From assembly GCA_016212475.1 (NCBI GenBank), contig JACRGC010000001.1, forward strand, positions 9,862-73,861: a stretch of 64,000 bases of DNA, written 5' to 3'. Positions within the stretch are counted from its first letter, which is position 1; each line of letters opens with the position of its first letter. Shown one piece after another: positions 38,036 through 46,165 of this stretch. The position numbers were made by a program, and so were the translations under genes. The stretch is from Candidatus Micrarchaeota archaeon. GTDB lineage: Archaea > Micrarchaeota > Micrarchaeia > Norongarragalinales > SBBD01. Below the pieces are notes generated by a model. The model had not been told where the DNA came from. It saw only the letters and a program-made list of their open reading frames with translations, and did not search any database.

Positions 38036-38953
38036 TCATTTCAAAATCGAGGAAATTATTGCCATCCTAACCGGAACTCCATTGCGCTCCTGCTCAAAGT
38101 ATTTTGCACGGGAATCCAAATCCGCTTCAACCGCTATTTCATCAACCCTTGGAAGCGGATGCATAAGCATCGCATCTTTTTTCATTTTTTCCATTACTTC
38201 ATTATCGATCCTGTAAACCGCTCTTTTGTACTCTTCGGGATCCTCGATGCGCTCCTTTTGAATTCTAGTCGCATAAACAACATCCGCTTTGGAAACATCA
38301 AGGGAGGAAAGCTCTTCAACCTTGCAATCATTCCTAAGGTCATTTAGCATGAACCCTGGCATTTTCAATTGCGGCGGTGAATAATATTGCAATTTCACAT
38401 CATCGAATTTTGAGAGCGCGTATGAGAGCGAATGCACAGTCCTTCCATACTTCAAATCCCCAATCATAAGAACTGTCAGTCCATCGATTTTTTTCTTCTC
38501 CTTCTTAATTGTATAAAGATCAAGCATTGCCTGCGAAGGGTGCTGATTGCTTCCATCCCCTGCGTTAATCACGGGAACATTAGTCACTTCCGCAGCTAAT
38601 TTTGCTGCGCCTTCGCTAGGATGCCGAATCACAAAAAGATCAACCTGCGCTTCTAGTGCTTTAATTGTATCATGAAGGGTTTCTCCTTTGCTGTGCGAAG
38701 ATGTTTTCGGATCTGAAAATCCAATTACTTCCCCTCCAAGCCGTTTCATTGCCGAACCAAATGATTGCTGGGTCCTGGTTGATGGCTCATAAAACAAGGA
38801 TGCCATGAACTTTCCTTCCATTTCAGATAGGACTTCCTTTTTAGTGAAGCTGCTATCCATTTTCTCCGAAAGTGCCAGTATCGATTCTATTTCCTTGCGA
38901 TCCATTCCAACTGCTGAAATAAAGTCGCTTCCTTTCAAACTCATGCTAATCAC
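38036..38953 (-). CDS. pyrB: aspartate carbamoyltransferase catalytic subunit
   Basis: FYEPSTRT, HPSQAMLDLYTI (HPTQ motif), HPLPR. 305 aa. Lies directly upstream of pyrI. Confidence 0.9.
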   Translation of the reverse strand: MISMSLKGSDFISAVGMDRKEIESILALSEKMDSSFTKKEVLSEMEGKFMASLFYEPSTRTQQSFGSAMKRLGGEVIGFSDPKTSSHSKGETLHDTIKALEAQVDLFVIRHPSEGAAKLAAEVTNVPVINAGDGSNQHPSQAMLDLYTIKKEKKKIDGLTVLMIGDLKYGRTVHSLSYALSKFDDVKLQYYSPPQLKMPGFMLNDLRNDCKVEELSSLDVSKADVVYATRIQKERIEDPEEYKRAVYRIDNEVMEKMKKDAMLMHPLPRVDEIAVEADLDSRAKYFEQERNGVPVRMAIISSILK

Positions 38954-39268
38954 TAATCATCTATGGTTTAAAATCAATCCTAAGCATCAGAAGTAATTAT
39001 TGACCTTACATGATTTTAAATGTGACCTTCGGAAATTATTTCCTAAAAATACGGTGATTCATACATGGTCCTAAAAGAAGAAGCGTGCTGCCCAAAGTGC
39101 TTTACATTCCAATCATTCATTGTCCCGCTGAATTTCAGCATTACGGATACCAGTTTTAGGTGCCCAAGGAACACAACCCACGTATTTGAGGAGGATGAGG
39201 AAGGTTTTTTGCATAGCAAGGCGTGATTTGGTTTATCTGGTCTATATCCTTTACTCCAAGTTCGTAAA

Positions 39269-39574
39269 TTACACTAATTCGGCATTGATTTTCATAAGCA
39301 TCCCTTCCAAATCATTGTAATCGTCTTTCCTTTCTAAAATGCAGGCAATTATGATATTTGGCTCGATAATCAAATAGATTAACCTGCTCTCCTTCCCATC
39401 CAAGTTTAACCTAACCCTGAAAACCTTGGAGTAAAGTTTCGAATGGATTCTTTTGAAATGGTGGGGGTTAAGCTTAATCAAATCAATTTTGGCTCCAATT
39501 AGTTTCCTTGCCTTATCGCTAAGGCTTCTGATCTGCTCCAGAAAAGTCCTCGTGGTTTTTATTTCGAAGCTCAT
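39269..39574 (-). CDS. RelE/ParE-family toxin
   Basis: 101 aa. F.I.TTRTFLEQIRSL...KIDLIKLNP..., RLIYLIIEPNIIIACILERKDDY fits the RelE/ParE consensus. Overlaps the upstream antitoxin-like ORF by 4 nt. Confidence 0.55.
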   Translation of the reverse strand: MSFEIKTTRTFLEQIRSLSDKARKLIGAKIDLIKLNPHHFKRIHSKLYSKVFRVRLNLDGKESRLIYLIIEPNIIIACILERKDDYNDLEGMLMKINAELV

Positions 39575-39825
39575 TTGCCAAGTGCCGCCCTAAGTTCCTT
39601 CTCCCCCACGAGCTGCTTTTTCCTTAAGCTTGATTCTATTAACTTGTCAATTAAGTTTATTTCCTTTTCGGTAAAGCTTTCATCAAATTCCTTCCTATCA
39701 AACACCTTTTCCCTAACGCTTTCGTAAATTACCTCCTGGACGTTCCTATAGCCGTAATTGTGGGCATATTTCCGTGCGGCGGCAACAAGCTTTGGCGGCA
39801 TCTTGAGGTTGATTTGATTTTGCAT
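39571..39825 (-). CDS. putative antitoxin
   Basis: 84-aa helical protein immediately upstream of and overlapping the RelE/ParE-like gene. Confidence 0.4.
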   Translation of the reverse strand: MQNQINLKMPPKLVAAARKYAHNYGYRNVQEVIYESVREKVFDRKEFDESFTEKEINLIDKLIESSLRKKQLVGEKELRAALGK

Positions 39826-39994
39826 ATATATCTATAGATATCTATAGCTACTTGAGTTTATATTTCTTGTTGTTGGCAATTACGCAAGGTGAATTCGATC
39901 TTTAATTGCTATATTTGCTATTTTCGCAAGATTTCTTGTATTTTACGGTTTATATCGGTCAAATACTAATTCAAAAGAAATTATAGTGATTTTC

Positions 39995-40471
39995 CTAATC
40001 TCTCAATTTAGCAAATTCTGTTTTGTTTGAGATAGCTTTCAATTGTCTTAATATTAAAGATCTTGTTTTACTTGCATTAGCTGCTTTTTTGTCTAACCTA
40101 ATATACCCCTTCACAAAACGTCTCTCATCGATTGTCCTTTTTTTGCCAGAAGAGGTTTGGTTGATAGCTCTGTGACATAAAATTCTATGAATGTTAACCT
40201 GTTCTATCAAATCCTCCAAACTTTGAGGGAGAATGTCTAACCTTTTTTCAAGATTCCCTCTAGTGAACTCCTTATTTGCGACCTTGAATTTTAATGAACT
40301 TTTTCCACTTCGATTACCGTATTTTATGGCATCTCTTTTTTCCGTAGTTAGATAACCAAGTATTGTCCGTAACATAATCTCGTCAGGTATATGCTTAATT
40401 AGTCCCTGCATTAGAGGTCTAGAACTGGGTGATATTTTTTTCTCCAAAGAGGAAATTTTATCTTCGTTCAT
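39995..40471 (-). CDS. hypothetical basic protein, translationally coupled to rtcB
   Basis: 158 aa. Its ATG overlaps the rtcB stop (ATGA). No similarity to archease or any family I recognise. Confidence 0.35.
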   Translation of the reverse strand: MNEDKISSLEKKISPSSRPLMQGLIKHIPDEIMLRTILGYLTTEKRDAIKYGNRSGKSSLKFKVANKEFTRGNLEKRLDILPQSLEDLIEQVNIHRILCHRAINQTSSGKKRTIDERRFVKGYIRLDKKAANASKTRSLILRQLKAISNKTEFAKLRD

Positions 40472-41933
40472 CCTTTTATCACTCCAACCGGCACCATCTT
40501 CGCAACAATTTTGCTAATTCCAGCTTGTTCAACCGCTCTTACAACCTCATCAACATTCTTGTAGGCTCCGCCGGCTTCTTCTGCCAATAAATCATAGCTT
40601 CCGGCCTGGATTGCTTGCCCCTTAGCTTCCATTTGCTTGACAATATCCCTTCCTGAAAATCTTCGCACAGCTTCATGCCTACTCATTACCCTTCCGGCTC
40701 CATGGCAAGAGCTTCCAAATGTCAATGCAGCGCCAGGCATTCCGCAAAGCAAATAAGAAGCGGTATTCATCGAGCCCGGAATAATCACTGGTTGCCCCAC
40801 GTTTCTGTAAGCTTGTGGAATTTCCTTCCTGCCTTTCCAAAATGCGCGCGTTGCGCCTTTCCTATGCACGCAAACTTTCTTGGTTTTGCCTTCAACCTCA
40901 TGCTCTTCAAATTTGGCAATGTTGTGGCAAACATCGTAAACCAAATCCATCCCAAGGGATTCCCAAGTGCTTCCAAATACCTGCGCAAAAGTTTCCCTAG
41001 CCCAATGCGTCATTAACTGCCGATTATTGAACGCAAAATTGATTGCAGTTCTCATTGCCTGCAAATAATCCTGCGATTCCCTAGCATGCAAAGGAGCATA
41101 TGAAAGCTCCCTATCCGGCAATTGCCAATTATTTTTCTGGATTGCTCCCATCATGGTTCGAATAAAATCATCGCAAATCTGATGCCCATACCCCCGGCTT
41201 CCGGAATGCACCATGATTGTAATTTGGCCTTCTCCAGTAATTCCAAAAGCTTTTGCAATTTCCGGATCGAAAATTTTCTCAACCCGCTGTACTTCCATGA
41301 AATGATTCCCAGCTCCAAGCGTTCCAATCTGCGGGCCTCCCCTTTTTTTTGCCATATCGGATACTTTTGAATAATCACTATCGCCAAAATAACCATTCTC
41401 CTCGCAATGATCCAAATCCTTGGATGTTGCGTACCCTTGCCGATGCGCCCATTTCAGCCCATCTGTTACAGCTTCCTCCAACTGCTGCGGGTTAAGCCTT
41501 ACTTTGCTTTTGCTCCCAACTCCGGATGGAACGTTTTCATAAAGTTTCCCAACCAGCTGCTTGAGTTTTGGGGAAACATCCCTAACATTCAAATCCGTTC
41601 GAATTAGCCTTACGCCACAGTTGATATCTTAGTCCGTTTATTTGAAACTCAATTAAACGTATAACCAACTCCACCGGGCGAAACAATCCCTTCTTCCGGA
41701 TCAAATGCAGCTACCCCTCCAATTGGAAATCCATATCCTTCATGCCCATCTGGCATAACATAGGAAGCTTCCAAAATCCCAGGAAGATGCGCAACATTTT
41801 GAGCTTGTTTTAATGTTCGATCCGTCATCATCTTATCTAGCATTTCTTTTGTTGAAACAACTCTTACCGGAACGCGCATTTCGCCCTCCTTTGGATACTC
41901 ATAAATAGCGTTTTGAAATTCTTTTGCTATCAC
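40468..41933 (-). CDS. rtcB: RNA-splicing ligase RtcB, interrupted by a 32-nt non-coding insert (exon 1 41661-41933, exon 2 40468-41628)
   Basis: The N-piece ends ...[43 protein letters not shown] then TFN-stop. Exon 2 is in a different frame and reads [17 protein letters not shown]...NVPSGVGSK...GNHFMEV...HSGSRGYGH...CHGAGR... through the C-terminus. The two pieces are colinear with full-length RtcB across the whole protein. The insert sits exactly at Y|D of GYDINCG. Confidence 0.85.
41629..41660 (-). other. candidate bulge-helix-bulge-like mRNA intron within rtcB (32 nt)
   Basis: Insert is acguuuaauugaguuucaaauaaacggacuaa. Hand fold: exonic GGUU pairs with intronic GACU (4 bp, 2 G-U). It is flanked by 3-nt bulges AU|A and AA|G, with the splice sites after the second bulge nucleotide. 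Inner helix CGUUU/AAACG is 5 bp, capped by a hairpin uuga-guu-ucaa. Confidence 0.45.
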
Positions 41934-42103
41934 ACCATCACCTCAACTTCAATACAATGATTTTTGAGTTTTTTTAACCTATTGTTGGAGCAAAGACTGC
42001 CAAGGTTCATTTTGAATCAACCCCAATCAATGCCCATTGCCCATTTCTTAATCTCCTCCCCATAAGCAAAACCATTATTAACTTTGTAACTAAACTTCTC
42101 TTT

Positions 42104-43237
42104 ATGTCAAGGACAATTAGGAAAAGGCATGCTTACCGTGCAAAAAACGTCCTCCTAACAGACGTTCCAAGCATTTCAAAAACCGTAAACAAGGCAGTTG
42201 CAACCCTATCAAGCAAAGTTTCAATCAAATCCCTAGTTCCAAAGAAAAACCAAAAGAAAATAGAGGATATAAAATCCCTAGAGGAAGTCAAATCAACTGC
42301 AGATATTGCTGTTTCAACCGCCCTAATCGATCAAGTGATTGGCCAGGAGCGGGGAATTAATGTGATCCGCAAGGCCTCTTCCCAAAAGAGAAATGTTTTG
42401 CTTGTTGGAACCCCTGGAACCGGAAAGAGCATGCTTGCGCAGGCAATGGCCGAACTTATGCCAATTGAAGAGCTTCAAGACATTTTGGTTTATGCGAACA
42501 GGGAAGATGACAATGTCCCAAAAATCAAGACAATGAAAGCCGGCGAAGGAAGAAAGATGATTTCAAGCGAGAGGATGCAAACCCGCATGACCGCTGGAAA
42601 TTCCAACATGATGATGATGGGCTTCATGATGCTTTCGATGCTAATTGGGCTTTACATACTTCCGAAATATTTTGATTCAGTAATTGTTGCGGCAATGCTG
42701 ATTGGTGTTTTTCTTATGAGCGCGGCGCTGATGTTTGCAATGCAGCTAGGAAGAGGCAGGATGTTTGATGCAAGCGATACTGCAAAGCTGATAGTTGATA
42801 ATACCGGAAAAAAGAACGCTCCATTTGTTGATGCGACCGGCAGCAGGGCGGGCGCTCTTCTTGGCGATGTCAAGCACGACCCTTTCCAGTCATTCGAAGG
42901 AAAAACAATAGTTGAACTTAACGGTGAAAAATTCGCCCTTGAAAAGCTTTGGGATGATTATTCCCAAAAATACCCAATTGAAAAAGGAAAAGATGGGTAT
43001 GAGGCAATTGTACTTCCAAAGAAGGACAAATCAAAAATAACAGCTTCAAAGAAAGGCAAAAAAGTTGCTGCAAAGCTTCTAATCATAAACCGCCGGCCCT
43101 ACAAGGGAAAAATGATTGAAATAAAATCGGGCAAGAATAAACTTCTAACAACCCCCGAGCATGGCTACATTTCAAACCCATCTACAAAGAAAGCCAAAAA
43201 CCTAAGGAAAGGCGCAAAAATTTACATTGCAAACTGA
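42104..43237 (+). CDS. lonB: archaeal Lon protease LonB, N-terminal fragment (AAA+ Walker A plus TM insertion) fused to an intein-like N-terminal fragment; truncated
   Basis: Residues 1-262: LIDQVIGQERGINVIRKASSQKRNVLLVGTPGTGKSMLAQAMAELMP...ILVYAN.EDDNVPKI, TM helices, then NAPFVDATGSRAGALLGDVKHDPFQ. This is colinear with LonB up to the point where SGGLGTP..Walker B is expected. Instead it reads SFEGKTIVELNGEKF (intein block A-like, Ser1) ... KLLTTPEHGYIS (block B TxxH), then a stop. No Walker B or protease domain follows. Confidence 0.7.
   Translation: MSRTIRKRHAYRAKNVLLTDVPSISKTVNKAVATLSSKVSIKSLVPKKNQKKIEDIKSLEEVKSTADIAVSTALIDQVIGQERGINVIRKASSQKRNVLLVGTPGTGKSMLAQAMAELMPIEELQDILVYANREDDNVPKIKTMKAGEGRKMISSERMQTRMTAGNSNMMMMGFMMLSMLIGLYILPKYFDSVIVAAMLIGVFLMSAALMFAMQLGRGRMFDASDTAKLIVDNTGKKNAPFVDATGSRAGALLGDVKHDPFQSFEGKTIVELNGEKFALEKLWDDYSQKYPIEKGKDGYEAIVLPKKDKSKITASKKGKKVAAKLLIINRRPYKGKMIEIKSGKNKLLTTPEHGYISNPSTKKAKNLRKGAKIYIAN
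42890..43234 (+). other. putative N-terminal split-intein fragment (blocks A and B only, ~115 aa)
   Basis: Block A S-F-E-G-K-T-I-V and block B L-T-T-P-E-H. There are no C-terminal blocks F/G (HN+Ser/Thr/Cys) before the stop. Confidence 0.5.
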
Positions 43238-43245
43238 GGTTTTCC

Positions 43246-43683
43246 ATGAATAGCAAAGCGCAGGTTGGGATGGAATACATTCTTTTGCTTGCAGCCCTGA
43301 TTTTGCTTGCAGCTGGGATTTACAGTCTTTCCAGGTCAAACATCATTGCTCCAAGCGGAATTAGTATTTCAAATACGTCCGGAAACACCGGCAATGTGTT
43401 TGCAACAGTTGGCGGATCCGCTCCAATAATTTCAAATTTAAATGTTACAAATGGGCCTGGAATTTCAGAAGTTACAATCACTTGGGATACCAACATTGCC
43501 TCGACATCAACAGTGAACTACGGGGTTTCATCAAACCTTGGGACTCTTCTTGGTTCAAATACGGTTTTGCAAAAGCACTCTGTCAAAATTAAGGCCCAGG
43601 CCGGCACATATTTCTACAAGGTCACAAGCTGCGATCCTGCAGGAACTTGCGCATCGAGTGCAATTGAAACGCTAACTATTTGA
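43246..43683 (+). CDS. class III signal peptide protein (archaeal type IV pilin-like)
   Basis: MNSKAQVGMEYILLLAALILLAAGIY is a K-A-Q..EY prepilin-like N-terminus. Ser/Thr/Asn-rich body. Confidence 0.5.
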   Translation: MNSKAQVGMEYILLLAALILLAAGIYSLSRSNIIAPSGISISNTSGNTGNVFATVGGSAPIISNLNVTNGPGISEVTITWDTNIASTSTVNYGVSSNLGTLLGSNTVLQKHSVKIKAQAGTYFYKVTSCDPAGTCASSAIETLTI

Positions 43684-43720
43684 AAATAGGGCTAAAAAAA
43701 ATAAACTGCTAAAACCAGGC

Positions 43721-44131
43721 TTATTCTTCTCCGCGCATCCTAAGCAATAGCTTCCTTCCCATGGTTTCCATGTATTCGATTTCCCTTCCGGATTCCATGG
43801 AAGATTTTATATCATCAGGAACTTCGACTTCGAAGGTTTCATAGCTGGATAAATCCATCAATTGCGCGCTGTTTCCAGTAACCGCAACAATTTGAGCCCT
43901 TTTCCTCTCAATTATTGGGATTTCAACATCCCCATCAGAAGGCTTCATGATCGATCTTTTTGTGTTATCGAATAATCCAATTGCAACCACATTCATTTTG
44001 GCAGCTCCATGCTTTCCTGGCTTGCTCTTATCAATAGAAACGACTTTGCATGGCACATCCTCAATTATTACGTATTTGCCTACTTTCAAATCTCCCATAG
44101 AACCATAAATTTTGTCAACCATCACATTCAC
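43721..44131 (-). CDS. eif5a: translation initiation factor 5A
   Basis: 136 aa. VGKYVIIEDVPCKVVSIDKSKPGKHGAAKMNV contains the hypusine-site motif (S/T)KPGKHG.AK. Confidence 0.9.
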   Translation of the reverse strand: MNVMVDKIYGSMGDLKVGKYVIIEDVPCKVVSIDKSKPGKHGAAKMNVVAIGLFDNTKRSIMKPSDGDVEIPIIERKRAQIVAVTGNSAQLMDLSSYETFEVEVPDDIKSSMESGREIEYMETMGRKLLLRMRGEE

Positions 44132-44255
44132 CCAAATATATGAAACTAAAATCAGCGTTCTTTTATATTTCGCTCCAAATGTTTATAAGACCCTCCTTAA
44201 GCTGGTCCGCAATCCATTTTAATAGCTTAAATCCGATATTTGTTGAAGTGAGCAA

Positions 44256-45308
44256 ATGGCAAGGCAAATTGAAGAACTTGGCGATAGATTAGTGGCCGCT
44301 GGCTTTACTTTGGAGCAATCAAATCGGCTTGAATCAAACCTTAATTTTGAATCCCATTTCAAAAACAAGACGGCTAGTGCAATAAAAGAAAAAATCAACT
44401 CCATTTCGAAAATTTATGGCGTAAAAAACAGCGTGGTTAGGAAAATGCTGGTTTCTTTCCCCACTTTTGCAAATTTCGACCATGATCGGGTGATTTCAAA
44501 GGCAACAAAGGTCTATGGGAGCAAACCGCAAGTGATTGCAGCCATACTGAAACATCCCTCATTTATCAGCCTCGATCATAATCGGGTAGTTGCAGCTGCA
44601 GCTGACATTTATGGGGGCAAACCTTTAGTCAAAAAAATAATACTCAAATTCCCCCCATTTGCCAGTTATAACCATGCTAGGGTAATTCGTGACGTTGTTG
44701 GTATCTATGGAAACGAACCCGCAGTCAAAAAAGCAATCCTTTCATGGCCCCAATTTGCCGGTTTTGACCATTCGCGGGTTATTGCGGATGCAAATAAAAT
44801 TTACGGAAATTCAGATAAGGTGAAGCGGGCGATTCTTGCATTTCCGCCATTTGCCGGGCTTGACCATGAACGTGTAATCAGGCAGGCAACGCAAGTTTAT
44901 GGAAACGAGGAAGCAGTAAAAAAAGCCATACTCTCATTTCCCGCTTTCGCTTCATATGATCATCGAAAAGTTATGAGAAAACTAACAAAAATTGGAAAAT
45001 TGGTTGGTTTCCCAAAAGGGGAAATTTCCGGAAAAGTTCTTAAATTTCCCGCACTTGCAAGCTATTCGTCGAGGAGGTATTTTGCAGGAATTGATGCGGC
45101 AAGAGAGCTGGAAAGAATGGGCCTTGACGGCAACGGATCTGCTTTAAGGATAGCTTTGAGCAATGTCAACCTATCCCCCTATGTGCCAAACACTAACCGG
45201 CTAAGGATCAGCAAGGCCAAAAAATTGGGCAAATTCGCCGAACCAAAATTCATGATGCAACTGCGAAGAAGTCTGGTTAGGGAAATAGATAGGCAAAAAG
45301 TGAAATAA
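44256..45308 (+). CDS. tandem-repeat protein with ~32-residue helical repeats (mTERF/solenoid-like; family not identified)
   Basis: At least 7 consecutive repeats of consensus ..P.V.KAIL.FP.FA..DH.RVI..A..IYG. (e.g. GKPLVKKIILKFPPFASYNHARVIRDVVGIYG). Confidence 0.5.
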   Translation: MARQIEELGDRLVAAGFTLEQSNRLESNLNFESHFKNKTASAIKEKINSISKIYGVKNSVVRKMLVSFPTFANFDHDRVISKATKVYGSKPQVIAAILKHPSFISLDHNRVVAAAADIYGGKPLVKKIILKFPPFASYNHARVIRDVVGIYGNEPAVKKAILSWPQFAGFDHSRVIADANKIYGNSDKVKRAILAFPPFAGLDHERVIRQATQVYGNEEAVKKAILSFPAFASYDHRKVMRKLTKIGKLVGFPKGEISGKVLKFPALASYSSRRYFAGIDAARELERMGLDGNGSALRIALSNVNLSPYVPNTNRLRISKAKKLGKFAEPKFMMQLRRSLVREIDRQKVK

Positions 45309-46114
45309 TGGAAATAGTTTTTTTAGGCAATGGAGGCGGAAGAATTGTATTGGATCAGCAGATACTCCCAACCGCAGGTTTTCGCATCAATTCAAAAAAT
45401 TTCAAGATGCATGTGGATCCGGGCCCTGGAGCGCTTGTCAAAAGCATCGAGCATAAGCAGACTCCTTGGGAATTGGACGCCCTTTTTGTTTCCCATTGCC
45501 ATATCGACCATTGCAATGATGCAAACATGATGATTGAATCGCTTAATTTTGGCAATTTCAGGGGCGGCAGGGGGACTTTGATTGGAGCTGAAAGTGTGGT
45601 AAATGGCAAAGGAACATTCGAAAAGCAGCTGGATGATTATTTTAAGAACATGCTAAAACTTTGCAAACCCTTATCCGCTAGCCAAACCCACAAATTTTCC
45701 GATTCAATTTCAATCAAGGCAACAAAAACCGTGCATGAAGACCCTTCCGATATAGGCTTTGTCCTTTCAATTGAAGGGCTCAAAATCGGCTACACTTCCG
45801 ATACTGAATATTTCCAAGGAATTTCTGAAGAATATGAGGGTTGCGATTTTCTGATTTTCAACTGCCTCCGTCCTGATAACGACCATTTGGAATTCCATTT
45901 CTCTTCGCAGGATGTGATCAAAACCGTAAATGGCATGAAAACAAAACCTCTAGCGATTTTCATAACCCATTTGGGAATGAAATTCCTAAATGCCGGAAAA
46001 GAAGCGCAGCAAAAAAAGATAGAAGAAAATACCGGAGTTAAAACAATGCTTGCAAGTGAAGGGCTAAAAGTTGACCTCCATGAGCTATCAAGCAAGCAGA
46101 AAAAACTAGTTTAA
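45308..46114 (+). CDS. metallo-beta-lactamase fold hydrolase
   Basis: 268 aa. The start overlaps the previous stop (TAATGG). SHCHIDHCND (HxHxDH) and TVHEDPSD. Possibly an RNase Z/PhnP-like nuclease. Confidence 0.65.
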   Translation: MEIVFLGNGGGRIVLDQQILPTAGFRINSKNFKMHVDPGPGALVKSIEHKQTPWELDALFVSHCHIDHCNDANMMIESLNFGNFRGGRGTLIGAESVVNGKGTFEKQLDDYFKNMLKLCKPLSASQTHKFSDSISIKATKTVHEDPSDIGFVLSIEGLKIGYTSDTEYFQGISEEYEGCDFLIFNCLRPDNDHLEFHFSSQDVIKTVNGMKTKPLAIFITHLGMKFLNAGKEAQQKKIEENTGVKTMLASEGLKVDLHELSSKQKKLV

Positions 46115-46165
46115 GGAAAAGAAAAGCAACGCATTTCAAGAAGTAATGCAAGTCCCCTCCTAATT

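Noticed and set aside
39995-40471. Archease downstream of rtcB
   Set aside because: No resemblance to the archease fold or sequence (archease starts ..YE.FDHTADIG..). Kept as hypothetical.
40468-41933. rtcB as two independently translated split-gene halves
   Set aside because: The conserved [13 protein letters not shown] segment, with the essential metal-binding Cys, lies between the pieces in the exon-2 frame and has no start codon. Two separate proteins would lack it. Splicing or pseudogenisation fit better.
42104-43237. LonB fragment as a simple 3'-truncated pseudogene
   Set aside because: Not excluded. The presence of recognisable intein blocks A and B exactly where the LonB sequence stops argues for a split-intein architecture, so it is reported as a finding with this as the alternative.
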